From NCBI RefSeq assembly GCF_964213995.1, contig NC_135813.1:4092001-4156000 (forward strand): DNA of 64,000 bases. Direction: 5' to 3'. The notes beneath the pieces were generated by a model that was not told the origin of the DNA, did not search any database, and saw only the letters and a program-made list of their open reading frames with translations. This DNA comes from Mustelus asterias. Its lineage: Eukaryota. Shown piece after piece: positions 13,510 through 26,557 of the stretch (position 1 is the first letter of the stretch; each line of letters opens with the position of its first letter). A program made the translations under genes and the position numbers.

Positions 13510-13994
13510 CTGAAATTTTTAAGAAACAGCAAGTAAAGCGCATGGAGAGGCAAACCAGCATATTGTATAAAGTTGTAGAATGATTACAGCACAAAAGGCT
13601 ATTCAGCCCATCATCATCTTTGTGATGGCTATCTGCACGAGCAACTCAGCTAATCCCACTCCCCCACTCTTTCTCCGTGACACTGAAAATTTTCTCTCTT
13701 CAGGTGCTTATCCAATTCCCTTTGAAATGCACAATTGTATCTACCTCCACCACATTCACAGGCAGTGGATTTCAGTTTCCAACTACTTGCTGCGTATAAA
13801 AGATTTTCCTCACTTCACCACTGGATCTCTTGCTGACCACCTGAAATCAATGTTCTCTGGTTCTCCATCCCTCCACTAATGGGAGGTTTCTCTCCATATA
13901 ATCTATCCAGACCTCTCATGACTTTGAACACCTCCATCAAATCTCCCCTCAACCTTCTCTTCCCAAAGGGAACAGCTCCAGCTTCTCCAATCTC

Positions 13995-14225
13995 AAGTTA
14001 AAGTTTATTTATTAGTCACAAGTAGGCTTACATTAACACTGCAATGAAGTTACAGTGAAAATCCCCTCGTCGCCAGACTCCGGCGCCTGTTCGGGTACAC
14101 TGAGGGAGAATTTAGCACGGCCAATGCACGTCTCATTCACCAGCACGTCTTTCGGACTGTGGGAGGAAACCCACGTAGACACGGGGAGAACGTGCAGACT
14201 TTACACAGACCACCACCGTGCTGCC
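13995..14225 (-). mobile_element. V-SINE variant with alternative (TAAACTT) tail, nested in an old CR1
   Basis: aagttaaagtttatttattagtcacaagtaggcttacattaacactgcaatgaagttac joined to an HE1-like body. Confidence 0.8.
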
Positions 14226-14322
14226 AATCTATCCATGTAATTGAAGACCTTCATCCCTGGAGCCATTTTGATCAATCTTTTTTCTGCAACTCTCTAGTGC
14301 TCCCACATTCTTCCTCAAATGG

Positions 14323-14487
14323 TCATCATTGCCAGCTGTCCCTCGATTCGAGGATGACGTCTATTCAGGGTCACGTGTGTCTGCCATGAGTCTTCATTCA
14401 ACTGAACAGGCCGATTCTCAACCTCTATATCTTAGGAAACATTACACGGGATGTTCCACAAAATAGTGAGACCCAGAGAACAGATTT
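14323..14487 (-). mobile_element. RTE-clade LINE 3' end fragment
   Basis: Minus strand ends GTCATCCTCGAATCGAGGGACAGCTGGCAATGATGA, an RTE-type stem-loop plus (TGA)n tail. Confidence 0.55.
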
Positions 14488-14763
14488 CCTGAAGTGTGAT
14501 GGTCAGAACTGGATACAATACTCCAGCTGTGGTCATACCAGAGTTTTATAAAGGTTTGTCATGTATTTCATTACCCAAGGCCTCTACTTATAAAGTCCAG
14601 GATCCTGCATGCCTTTTTAACCACTTTTGTAACCTGTCCTGCCACCTTTGACAATGTGTACATATACCCCCATGTCCCTCTGCTCCAATACCCTTCAGAA
14701 TTGTACCTTTATTATTTATTGTCCCTCCTCATTCTTCCGACCAAAAGCAACACTTCACACGTT

Positions 14764-15087
14764 ATAGAATCATAGAATCTACAGAGCAGAAGGAGGCCAT
14801 TCAGCCCATCGAGTCTGCACCCACAGCAATCCCACCCAGGTCCTATCCCCATAACCCCACATGTTTACCCTGCTAATCCCTCTGACACTAAGGGGCAATT
14901 TAGCATGGCCAATCAACCTAACCCACACATCTTTGGACTGTGGGAGGAAACCGGAGCACCCGGAGGAGACCCACGCAGACACGGGGAGAATGTGCAGACT
15001 CCGCACAGACAGCAAGGCCGGAATCGAACCCAGATCCTTGGCGCTGTGAGGCAGCAGTGTGCTAACTACTGTGCCACCGTGCCGCCC
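14764..15087 (-). mobile_element. HE1 SINE, full length
   Basis: atagaatcatagaatc tail through ...gtgccaccgtgccgccc head. Confidence 0.92.
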
Positions 15088-15879
15088 ATTGCATTAAATA
15101 TCATCTGCCATGTGTCGGTCCTTTCCACCAACCTATGCCCTCTTGATGTTTATCACCATCCTCCTCCCAGTTCGCAATGCTGCTAACTCTTGTTTTGTAA
15201 ATTGCAACCCACGTTTATGTCAACAGTTCTAGTATTCACCACCAACAATACTTCCAAAAAACAATATCAGAGCTTTCACGTGACTGATTCACAGCTCATC
15301 CACCCAGTTTATGATCAAAGATGCATCATGTCAGGGGAAGAGGTGAGAGTGGAAGGCCAACCTCTCTCGGAGAGGTGGGGAAACAGCTCAAGAGGTACCC
15401 CAAATCACTCTTGTCCACCTCCTTGCAGTGGGCTCACCACTGATGTGGGTGCAGGGGCCTGCTTTGTATTTTTTTTATGCAGTTTGTCTGAAATTGGCCA
15501 AACCAGCTGACTGCATCAAATACAACTCAAGTTCCCAAGACCTTTTACTCTAGTTTTAAAGACATTTCGCTAGAAGTTGCCCAGAAACTGGCCACACTTC
15601 TTCATCAAATTAATTAGCATTTAGAGTTTCTGCTAATTTCACTTGTTTACAGGCCTTTGTAAAAATTAAGCTAATTCTTCTGGGTGTAAGAACACTATTT
15701 TTAAAGCTTTTGAATATCATTTTAATCTACTAAGGAGCTGATCTCTATGTCCCAATATAACTGGCAAATTGTTCCATAACATTCTTTTAAAGTAATTTTC
15801 AGTTATTCAAAATCAGGTTACTCAGACCAGACCGTCTAATTAAAATTATTATCTCTTGTGAGAAACACATTTTCAGCTA

Positions 15880-16328
15880 CCCTGGAATGAAGAGCTTGTC
15901 GTATGAGGACTCTGGGTCTGTACTCGTTGGAGTTTAGAAGGATGAGGGGGGGATCTTATTGAAACTTACAGGATACTGCGAGGCCTGGATAGAGTGGACG
16001 TGGAGAGGATGTTTCCACTAATAGGAAAAACTGGAACCAGAGAGCTCAACCTCAGGCGAAAGGGATGATCCTTTAAAACAGAGATGAGGAGGAGTTTCTT
16101 CAGCCAGAGAGTGGTGGGAATCTGTGGAACTTGTTGCTGCAGAAGGCTGTGGAGGCCAGGTCATTGGGTGTCTTTAAGACAGAGATAGATAGGTTCTTGA
16201 TTAATAAGGGGACATGGGGTTATGGGGAAAAGGCAGGAGAATGGGGATGAGAAAAATATCAGCCATGATTGAATGGCGGAGAAGACTCGATGGGCCGAGT
16301 GGCCTAATTCTGCTCCTATGTCTTATAT
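15880..16328 (+). mobile_element. CR1 3' fragment
   Basis: ctgtactcgttggagtttagaaggatgagggggg...ttcttcagccagagagtggtg...ctgctcctatgtcttat. Confidence 0.85.
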
Positions 16329-16458
16329 TAATCAAACTGCATCAGGTTACCAATTCAAATTTTAAAGCTTATTTCATTGCAAATTACATTCCAAAATGCT
16401 GCCAATTGCCTTGGCTCATGGCAGATTTTCACATTCGGCAATCGGCAATTCAGCATTC

Positions 16459-16775
16459 GGCACACTGCCTCACAGCACCAGGGACCCAGGTTCGATTCCA
16501 GCCTTGGGTCACTGTCTGTGCAGAGTTTGCACGTTCTTCCCTTGTCTGCCTGGGTTTCCTCCAGGTGCTCCGGTTTCCTCCCGGTGCTCCGGTTTCCTCC
16601 CACAGTCCAAGATGTATAATGGGTTAGGTTGATTGGCCATAATAAATTGCCCCTTGGTATTAGTGTCACCCCTTAGGGTAAATATATGGAGTTACGGGGA
16701 TAGGACCTGGGTGGGATTGTTGTCGGTGCAGACTCAATGGGCCAAATGGCCTCCTTCTGCACTGTAGATTCTATG
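16459..16775 (+). mobile_element. HE1 SINE with internal tandem duplication of ggtgctccggtttcctcc
   Basis: B-box ggttcgattcc, V body, gattctatga tail. Confidence 0.88.
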
Positions 16776-17350
16776 ATAAGCAAATCAATCTGAAAGTAAC
16801 TCGAGGGGAAGAAAAAAATACTGCTCAAGATGGGTGCAGTTTGCAACTGGATTGCTAATTGCAGCGAAGTGAAAACTCCAAGACAAAGTGGGGGGAGGTG
16901 GAACTGCGTTCACAATTGGCCATGTATTTGAGCTGCTAATTTCAACAGCACCACTAATGAGGTGCTCAATCAGCCCCACTTACTCACAAGCGGTAAGACA
17001 AGGAGGAAGAAAATTAGGCTGCTTTCACACAAGGACCATTACACAGTGGTACTGACTGAAGCTAAGATAATATGCTATCCTCCAAATCGATAGGCCCAAA
17101 TTGTTCATAAAGCGATACACTTCAACAGCAGAGGTCTGCTTTTTCTCATCCCTACTCTTGAAAAAAAAAATCCTCAGAATCTTTTGGCCTTTTCAGAAGC
17201 AGGTAAGAACTGAGGGGTATGGTGGAAATTGAAGAATCTTATAAAATAGACACAAAGCTGCGTTTGGGTGCGTGTGAGTCTGTGAGAGTGTGGGAGGGAA
17301 TGTGTTTGAAGAGGAACATGTGTGTGCGTGTGTATATGCAAGTGAACATG

Positions 17351-18112
17351 TAATCTGGTGAACTGGTGTGACGACAATAATCTCTCCCTCAATGTCAACA
17401 AAACGAAGGAGATAATCATCGACTTCAGGAAGCTGAGTGGAGAACATGCCCCTGTCTAAATCAACGGGATGAAGTAGAAATGGTCGAAAACTTCAAGTTT
17501 TTAGGTATCCAGATCACCAACAACCTGTCCTGATCCCCCCATGCTGATACTATTGTTAAGAAAGCCCACCAATGCCTCTACTTTCTCAGAAGACTAAGGA
17601 AATTTGGCATGTCAACTACGGCTCTCACCAACTTTTACAGATGCACCATAGAAAGCATTCTTTCTGGTTGTATCACAGCTTGGTATGGCTCCTGCTCTGC
17701 CCAAAACCGCAAGAAACTACAGAAAGGTCGTGAATGTAGCCCAATCCATCACATAAACCAGCCTCCCATCCATTGACTCTGTCTACACTTCCCGTTGCCT
17801 CGGCAAAGCAGCCAGCATAATTAAGGACCCTACGCACCCCGGACATTCTCTCTTCCACCTTCTTCCGTCGGGAAAAAGATACAAAAGTCTGAAGTCCTGT
17901 ACCAAGAGCAGCTTCTTCACTGCTGCCATTAGACTTTTGAATGGATTTACCTTGCATTAAGTTGATCTTTCTCTACACCCTAGCTATGACTGTAACACTA
18001 CATTCTGCACCCTCTCCTTTCCTTCTCTATGAACAGTATGCTTTATCTGTATAACGCACAAGAAACAATACTTTTCACTGTATACTAATACATGTGACAA
18101 TAATAAATCAGA
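17351..18112 (+). mobile_element. Rex1/Babar-clade LINE 3' fragment
   Basis: Translates to WCDDNNLSLNVNKTKEIIIDFRK...FKFLGIQITNNLS...FYRCTIESILSGCITAWYG; ends catgtgacaataataaatc. Confidence 0.8.
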
Positions 18113-18431
18113 TCTAGTCAGACACGTGTAAGTGAATTAACTGAACACAAGGCGGGAATAGAAAATCCATGTTTCTTGAAAAATTAAGTGCTTTTTGGAG
18201 TTCAACTAAATAACAAAACAAAACTTTATAATCAAAGGACAGGGAGATCGCAAGCAAAAGATGAAAAATCTGAAATAAAATTAATAACCAGAGACGGAAG
18301 ATGCGAATTATTTTGACAAAAGGAAACAATGAAACTAAAAGCTCTGTTTAAAAAAAGAATCTAAATTCAGAAAACAAAAAAGTTAGGAAACAAAATATCC
18401 AAATGATTGTCAGTAGCCACCCCAGATTTAC

Positions 18432-18487
18432 CTGGACAGTAAGTATGTCTTTACAGCGCTGATAATAACTGAGGAATCGTTGATTTG
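18432..18487 (-). CDS. PTGES2: PTGES2 coding exon 3
   Basis: tttttttcag|QINDSSVIISAVKTYLLS(R)|gtaaat; 56 bp; not in the ORF track. Confidence 0.93.
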
Positions 18488-18558
18488 CTGAAAAAAAGGA
18501 AATTAAATTAGTTAAAATGTGCTTATCCCACATTTAATTAACAATCATCCAAATGTAT

Positions 18559-19570
18559 GGGAGGGCGATTCTCCCAAAAAAATTCTAAGTATTGAATGTG
18601 TGAAAACTGGAGTAAATCTCACTGGTTCTTTTCAGTGGGAGTTCAGAGAAGAATCTCCCACACTCTGTGTACTGCTGAGTGCCTCAGTGTAAATAGCGTT
18701 AAAAATCAGTGGGTGAGGCCTATTTCCACTGGAGAGGCTGAAATCAGTGTGCTGAGTGGGCCACTGCGCATGCGCTAATCTGTCAGCGCCGAGATTGGCG
18801 CATGCACAGTGGCCCCTGTCTGCTGGCCTCTCGATCACTGGCCAGCCCCGCATTGCCAGCCCTCCGAGCCCCCCAAGCACCCCACCGGGGGCCCCGATCC
18901 TCTCCCTAACCCTAACCCCCACCTCCTCCCCTCCGATGGCCAGCCCCAATCGCTGGACTCCCTCCCTGTCACTCAGCCCAAATGCAGAGTGGCAGGGGGA
19001 CCTCCCCACCCCCCACTGATCACCCCCAGAGGCCCTGCCCCCATTAGGCCCTACCTCATTAGGCTCCACCCCTTTGGCACTGCCCCATGCCCAGGATGCA
19101 GTGCCAAGGTGCCCCTGGGCATTGGCACTTTACCCCCGGGGCAGTGCCATGGGCCAAGGCTGGCACTGCCAATGTGCCAATGCCCAGGGGGCACCTCCCG
19201 CTGTCCAACCCTCTGTAGGGCCTCCATCATTCCCCCACCCCTCTTTCACTCCTGCGGGGTCGGGCCACTAGCTCCCAGCAAATGGGGAGTTACTGTAAAC
19301 CCGCTGGAGTGAACCATTCCTGGCGGGGGGGTGAGAGGCTAGCGGACCCAGAGATTTCAGTCCCGGGTCCCCTGATGATATTGAAATTACATGGAAATGA
19401 GCGGTTGCACCTCTAATGCAGCTCCACACCTATTTCCGGCGTGGAGTTGACGGTGCTGGAAATCCGGCACTGGGAGACGCGCTCGGGGTCGGACACCCAG
19501 TGCGGATTGCGCTAATCTGGCGCTGCTTAAATCTCCCGGCCCAACGCAGTGGGATGGGAGAATCGCTCCC
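18559..19570. mobile_element. Non-autonomous TIR DNA transposon (PIF/Harbinger-like MITE), ~1 kb
   Basis: TIR core GCGATTCTCCCA (18565-18576) / TGGGAGAATCGC (19555-19566) with G-rich/C-rich termini; GC-rich interior; no credible ORF. Confidence 0.7.
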
Positions 19571-20341
19571 GGATCTCTATTCCAATACACTAATTTCTCA
19601 AATTTCGGGTAAACAAAAGTCAGGAATTTATACTAATTTCGACAGCGAGAGAGTTGGAGAAGTTCAGTGAAGAGGAAGAGGGGATTGGGAAAAGAGACAG
19701 AGAATAATAGAGAGATAAAAGGAAATTGAAAAAGTTGAATGAGGAAAGGGAGGAATCACAGGAGGAGAGATAACAGAGAGAGAGAGACACATGGATAAAA
19801 CTTCAATGGCTCTCCAATGGCCCAAGCAATTTGAGATTTAAAGACAGCAAACAGTTCACAGCAAAATCCCACAATGAGCCGACTGAGTGTTGGGAGGGAG
19901 TCGCGGGAAAGACACCGTTCTGTTCTGAGGAGTTTCATGTGGTCTTAAACATCAGCAGCAGATGATTTAAACCCTCATTAGAAAGGCAGTACCTCATACA
20001 ATGCAGCAATCCCTCACTTGGCATTCAAGTGCCAAGTTTAAAGTTAAAGTTTAAAGTTTGTTTAATATTGTCACAAGTGGGCTTACATTAACACTGCAAT
20101 GAAGTTACTGTGCCAATTTAAATTATATGCCGCAGTCAGCAACCTGAAAGGGTTCCGACAGATTTCCACATTCCGATGCCACTACCTAATCTCAGCGAAG
20201 ACTGTACTTCCTAATTTATGTCACTAATATGGAAAGACAAAAAAAGTAAATTCAACATTTATTCTATTTATTGAAAAAGGATCAGGGAGTTGTTAAGAAT
20301 CTATTTTTTTTTTTAACACGGTGAGTTGTTGTGACCTAGAA

Positions 20342-20531
20342 CCAAAAGAGAAAATGCTGGAAAATCTCAGCAGGTCTGGCAGCATCTGTGAGGAGAGAAA
20401 AGAGCTGACGTTTTGAGTCCAGATGACCCTTTGTCAAAACTAAAAGGCATAAAAAGTGGGAGATATTTAAGTTATAGGGTGAGGGTTTTGGTTTCAGATT
20501 CCAGCATCCGCAGTAATTTGCTTTTATTTTC
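20342..20531 (-). mobile_element. Penelope-like short element (family 2) with inverted terminal piece and imperfect 15-bp TSD
   Basis: aaatgctggaaaatctcagcaggtctggcagcatctg...gacgttttgagtccagatgaccctttgtcaaa; flanked by tgttgtgacctagaa / tgttgtgacccggaa. Confidence 0.7.
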
Positions 20532-21114
20532 TGTTGTGACCCGGAATACTGCTATACTGAATGGGTGGCAGTGGCAGAGTCAATAGTGATTTTCAAAAGG
20601 AAACTGGATAAATACTTGAAAAAGACAAATATGCAAGGCTTTGGGGAAGGAGCAGGGGACTGGGACTAACTGGAGGACTCTTTCAGAGAGCCAGCACAGA
20701 CATAATGGCTGAATGGCCTCCTTCTGTGTTATGTAATTCAGTGATTTGAAGTTGAGTTGAACAGTTGCATGGATATGGTTAACACATCGTTGCTATGAGG
20801 TACGGTCGTGTAACAGTTAAAGTAGCAACCCAGTAATTGTGGATTCTAATAAAGACAGATTTGCATTTATATGGTTCCATTCACAACCTCGGGATGTTCC
20901 AAAAGCATTTTACAGCCAATAAAGTACTTCTGAAGCATGGTCAGAGTTGTAACAAGAGAACGTGGCAGCAAAATCACAAAAGATCCCACAAACAACTGTG
21001 TGATAATGACTGGAGACTCTCTTTCGGGGATGTTGGTGGAGGGATCAATATCGAGTCGGGGCACGAGAAACACTCATCTTGCTGTGTTTCAAAACAGCTT
21101 TTTGGGAGATGACT

Positions 21115-21450
21115 GTGGGATGGTAATGTTACTGGATCCAGAGGTTCAGGCTAACACTCTGACATGGGTTCAAATCCCATCATCAGTAGAATTTAAATTC
21201 AATTTTTAAAAATCTGGAATGAAAGCTTGCCTATGTAATGTTGACCATGAGACTACCAGACTGTCGTAAACACCCATCTGGTTCACTAACGCTTTTTCAG
21301 GAAGGAAATCTGCCATCCTTTTACCTAATCTGGCTTACATGTAACTCCAGACCCACAGCAATGTAGTTGATGCTTATCTGCCCTCAAAGGATAATTAGGG
21401 ATGGGAAACAAATGCTGGCATTGCCAGCACTGCCCGCATCCCACAAAATT
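21115..21450 (+). mobile_element. MER131-like tRNA-derived SINE
   Basis: B-box gggttcaaatccc; ggaaggaaatctgccatcctt...ctccagacccacagcaatgt; tail attagggatggg..aaatgctggc..gccagc..gcccgcatccca. Family name from recall. Confidence 0.6.
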
Positions 21451-21623
21451 AAAAATATATTTTATGTCCACCCAAGAGGATAGACAGGGCTTGGCTTAAA
21501 ATCTCATCCAAAAGATGGCACCTCAGACAATACAGCACCCCCTCATTACTGTACTGGGAGTCTAGATCATCGTGCTCCAGTCTTTGGAGTCCCAGGGAAT
21601 TAAAAATATCGTTGATTATTTCA

Positions 21624-21905
<282 letters not shown>

Positions 21906-22092
21906 TCACACCTGGATGACTGAACTACAACACTACAATCCCTTCCGCCATCTATACCCACCTCCATCACCCATCCTCAACTGGTATCACTAATGCAGAT
22001 GATCCAGCGATCATCACTTTGCTGTTTGTGCAAGTTTGCTGTGTGCAAATTGGCTACTGTGTTTCCTACATTACAGTAGTGATTATACTTTA

Positions 22093-22470
22093 CTAGGATG
22101 CTACCGGGACTTGATGGTTTGAGTTATCAGGAGAGGCTGGATAGACTGGGACTTTTTCCACTGGAGCGTAGGAGGCTGAGGGGTGATCTAATAGAGGTTT
22201 ATAAAATAATGAGGGGCATAGATCAGCGAGATAGTCAATATCTTTTCCCAAAGGTGGAGGAGTCTAAAACTAGACGGCATAGGTTTAAGGTGACTGGGGA
22301 GAGATATGAAAGGGTCCAGAGGGTCAATTGTTTCACACAGAGGGTGGTGAGTGTCTGGAACAAGCTGCCAGAGGTAGTAGTAGCACAATTCTGTCTTTTA
22401 AAAAGCGTTTAGACAGTTACATGGGTAAGATGGGTGTAGAGGGATATGGGCCAAATGTGGGCAATTGGGA
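22093..22470 (+). mobile_element. CR1 ORF2 C-terminal fragment
   Basis: MLPGLDGLSYQERLDRLGLFPLERRRLRGDLIEVYKIMRG...FTQRVVSVWNKLP. Confidence 0.88.
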
Positions 22471-22569
22471 CCTCACTTGTGTAACACTTTTTTTTAACAT
22501 TCAGAACTGATCCAAGATGTGGAGTGCATTTATTTGAGCACGTCTACATATCTGACTGGGTTGGAGGAA

Positions 22570-23120
22570 GGACTGGCATTTAGGTAGCACTTTTCATGGC
22601 CTCGGGTTGTTTAAAAGTACTTTTCAGCCAATTGAACACTTCTAAAGGTACTACGTTGAAATGGAGTCACTGTTGTAGTTTAAGCAGCGTGGCAGCCAAT
22701 TTGCACACAGCAAACTCCCACAATCAGCCATGTGATAGCAACTAGATAACCTTTAGTGATCCAAAAGTAGAAATAAAAACAAAAAATGCTTGAAAAACAG
22801 CAGGTCTGGCAGCATCAATGGAGTGAGAAACTGAGTTAACGTTTCTCTAACATTAACTCTGTTTCTCTCTCCACAGACGCTGCCAGACCCGCTAACCTTT
22901 AGTGATGTCAGCTGAGGATAAATATTGGACAGGCCATCTGGGGAAATGCCCCTGCTTTGCTTCAAAGTGGCAGCCACGGCAACTCTTAAGTCCAACTAAA
23001 AAGTAGGAAAGGCCTTGATTTACTGTGTCATCTGAAAGACAACACCTTAAGCAGTACAACAACCCCTCACTACTGCCAGCCTGAATTAGGTGCTCAAGTC
23101 CTGAGCGTGGAGTTTGAACC
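22570..23120 (-). mobile_element. Deu-domain SINE interrupted by a Penelope-like fold-back relic (~22770-22892)
   Basis: gcagccaatttgcacacagcaaactcccaca, gaggataaatattggacagg; the insert is flanked by a duplicated taacctttagtgat. Confidence 0.65.
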
Positions 23121-23124
23121 TTCT

Positions 23125-23423
23125 GGGGCGGCACAGCGGTTAGCACTGCTGCCTCACAGCTCCAGGAACCTGAGTTTGATTCCTGGGTGGGTCACTGTGC
23201 GGAGTTTGCATGTTTTCCCCGTGTCTACGTGGGTTTCCTCCCACATGTGCGAGTTAGGTGGATTGGCCATGCTAAATTGCCCCTCAGTGTCCTGTGATGT
23301 GTAGGTTAGAGGGATCAGCAGGTTAAATGTGTGGGGTTGTGGGGTTAGGGACTGGGATGGATTGTTCTCGGTGCAGACTTGATGGCCGAATGGCTTCCTT
23401 CTGCAGTGTAGGGATTCTATGAT
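23125..23423 (+). mobile_element. HE1 SINE
   Basis: ggggcggcacagcggttagc head, gggattctatgatt tail. Confidence 0.88.
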
Positions 23424-23934
23424 TTTTGACTCAAAGCCGGAAGCGCAGTTGATTGAGCTCAGCTGACGCTGGTCTCTAGTTATACTGACTACCTCCTGGA
23501 AGCGCATTTCACACACTTGGCTTCAGAGTGCTCAAGAAACAGATTAGGTCTATCTGTCAAGCTGCCACTTTTATGCCACTGTGCACCTAGAATTCCATTA
23601 GATTGAAGTATTGTAGCAATATGAGTGCATCGTTATTGCAATCACATCAGTACAGAAAACAGGTCATTCAACCTATTGCACTTGTGCCAGTATTATTTTC
23701 CACCGTCCACTGCTTACTTCCAACACCTTTCTAACACTTGCCCGTTTTAAGCAAACCATCCAAATCCCTTATAGTTTGAAGACTGACAAGAGTGATGGAG
23801 CTAAGATGCAGATCAGCCATTACCTAATTAAATGACGGAACGGGTTCAAAGGCCTCCTCCTGTTTCTATGTTCCCCTTGGAATATGCTACACAACTTTGC
23901 AATGATGAAAATTCACACCACAATATCAAATTTC

Positions 23935-24555
23935 CTTAGACAACACCCTCCAGACACACAGCTGCCATCATCCAGAAGGACAAGATCAGCAGATACCTGG
24001 GAACACCACCACGTGGAGGTTCCCCACCAAGTCACACACCATCCTGATTTGGAAATATCATAGAATCCCTATAGTGCAAAAGGAGGCCATTCGGCCCATC
24101 GAGTCTGCACCAGCAACAATCCCACCCAGGCCCTATTCCCGTAACCCCATATATTTATCCTGCTAGTCCCCCGACACTAAGGGCCAATTTAGCATGGCTA
24201 ATCCACCTAACCTGCACATCTTTGGACTGTGGGAGGAAACCGGAGCACCCGGAGGAAACCCACGCAGACATGGGGAGATTGTGCAAACTCCACACAGTGA
24301 CCCAAGGCCGGAATTGAACCCGGGTCCCTGGCGCTGTGAGGCAGCAGTGCTAACCACTGTGCCATCGTGCCACCAATAAATATATCACCGTTCCCTCACT
24401 GTTGCTGGGTCAAAATTCTGGAACATCCTCCCCAACAGCACTGTGGGTGTTGAACTGTAGCAATTCAAGAAGGCAGCTCACCAGCACCTCCTCAAGGGCA
24501 ATTAGAGATAAGCAATAAATGCTAGCAATGCCCACATCCTGTAAATGAATTTTAA
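23935..24555 (+). mobile_element. LINE 3' end sharing its tail with the MER131-like SINE; interrupted by HE1 (24057-24374, minus)
   Basis: gaacaccaccac..ggttcccc..caagtcacacaccatcctga[HE1]ccgttccctcactgttgctgggtcaaaattctggaac...ctcaagggcaattagaga..aataaatgct..gcccacatcc. Confidence 0.7.
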
Positions 24556-24749
24556 AAAGACTTGTGTTTATACAATGAGTGACCTTGAAACCTAAGGCGT
24601 GTTAAGCAGGCAAATACAAACATGTTGTTCTTGTGTCTCAACATTATTTATGTTGCTGTCTAACAATGACAAAACATATTTAAGGCTATCACTGCCTTTG
24701 AAAACTTAGGATGGGGAAAATATTTGAACATATTCAAGAGGTTCCCTAT

Positions 24750-25063
24750 GGAATCATTGAATCCCTACTTTGCAGAAGGAGGCCAATCGGCCCATCAAGT
24801 CTGCACCGACCACAATCCTACCCAGACCCTATTCCCCCAACCCTCATATTTACCCTGCTAATCCCCCTGACACTAGGGTCAATTTAGCATGGCCAATCAA
24901 CCTAACCCTAATCTTTGGACTATGGGAGGAAACCGGAGCACCCGGAGGAAACCCACGCAGACACGGGGAGAACGTGCAAACTCTGCACAGACAGTGACCC
25001 AAGCTGGGAATTGAACCAGGGTCCCTGGCGCTGTGAGGCAGCAGTGCTAACCACTGTGCCACC
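24750..25063 (-). mobile_element. HE1 SINE
   Basis: Reverse-complement HE1 head, body and tail. Confidence 0.88.
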
Positions 25064-25496
25064 ATTGGTGGTATAGTGGTTATATACTGCCCCTTATACC
25101 AATAAGTTTGAAATCTACCAGTGTATATGCATGGAATTGAAAGTTATAGCATCAACAATTGTACATTATTTTTAAACCCTAAAAACGTTTGAATGTTGCT
25201 CTGGTACATTTGTCGAAATAAACTGCATCATCACATTTTAGCAGATAACATTTGACACATGTAGTGCAAAGTGCATTTAAACTGAATGTCTGACGGCACT
25301 GCAAACACAAGACAGAACACTGCGCTGCACTCAAGATTATGAAACGAAATCAGTGCCGATTACCCCTTCCCCAACATAAGGAAAGCCATAAGAAACTAAC
25401 AAACAATGCAAACCTTTACTATCTACCTGCAAATAGGTTACTGACAGCGTATTTGACCCTGAACTCCTCTTTTTGTCCTATTTAATCGCGGTTTAC

Positions 25497-25766
25497 CTTC
25501 GTGTCTGGCTGCTCAGCATGTTGCCGCTCTTGCTGCAGATGGTGCTTGAGCGTGTGGTACAATCCCAGGGTCCCACCCAGCACAAATGCAAAGCTCAGGG
25601 CAGTGCTACCAACTCTCAGGCTTCCTCCCAACTTCTCCTGCAAGCCTCTGCCTTTCCCGTACAACCTGCTGCCAGGCTGAGGTGCTAGAGCCTGCCAGCT
25701 GCAAGCCTTGTTGAAAGCCAGGAAGCCGGCACAAAGCCTCCCAACTCTCACATAGGAAGCTGCCAT
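25497..25766 (-). CDS. PTGES2: PTGES2 coding exon 1 (N-terminal targeting region and hydrophobic anchor)
   Basis: ATG 25766, MAASYVRVGRL...ALSFAFVLGGTLGLYHTLKHHL...PDTK|gtaaac; 270 bp, phase 0. The GLYHTL motif matches PTGES2. The seven exons total 1125 bp = 374 aa plus stop. Confidence 0.9.
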
Positions 25767-26269
25767 CTCCACCTTGCGCAGCGAGGTTCACCCTGGCCTT
25801 CTTAAAGGTGCACTCCACTGCTTTACTGCGATTTCCCCTCTCGCCCAAACACCCGTCTTCCTGCTGCAATTGAAGACATCGGTTTCCACCCTGTATATTC
25901 CTACCCCTCAAAATAAGAGATTTACTAAAATTGATGGTGAATTTAATTTTGGTTGTACACATAAATTATTGGCTCACTCACAATCAGAACCTCAGATTAA
26001 CAATTGTTTCCCAATCAAAACCAACTTTTGCCTCTTTTAATCTCTTTGTTATCAGCTCAAAAAAGAAAAAAACAAAAGCTCCCCCTTTTTAAATCGGACA
26101 CAATGAAAAAAACCTGAATTGTGCATTAAAAATAAAATGAATTAAATCATAATCTTATTAACATCTGCTATCTCACAAAAATGGTCACACATTACCAGTT
26201 TAGTGAACATGAGGAGCAGGAGTAGGCCCTATAGCCTGCTCTGTCATCCAATATGATCAGTCAATCTCC

Positions 26270-26510
26270 TCCCAACCGACTCAAGAACAGCTTCCTGCTG
26301 CCATCAGATTTTTGAATGGACCCACGTTGCATTAAGTTGATCTTTCTCTACACCATAGCTATGACTGTAACACTACATTCTGCACTCTCTCATTTCCTTC
26401 TCTGTGAACGGGATGCTTTCTCTGTATAGTGCGCAAGAAACAATACTTTTCACTGTATGCCAATACATGTGACAATAATAAATCAAATCAAATTAAATCA
26501 AAATAAAATC
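26270..26510 (+). mobile_element. Rex1/Babar LINE 3' end with (AAATC)n tail
   Basis: Nearly identical to 17905-18112. Confidence 0.8.
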
Positions 26511-26557
26511 AGCTCCACTTTTCAGCTCCATCCCTCTATCCTGTGATGATCACAGAG

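Noticed and set aside
18632-19670. GC-rich block with many ORFs, resembling a CpG-island gene
   Set aside because: It is bounded by terminal inverted repeats and is better explained as a non-autonomous transposon
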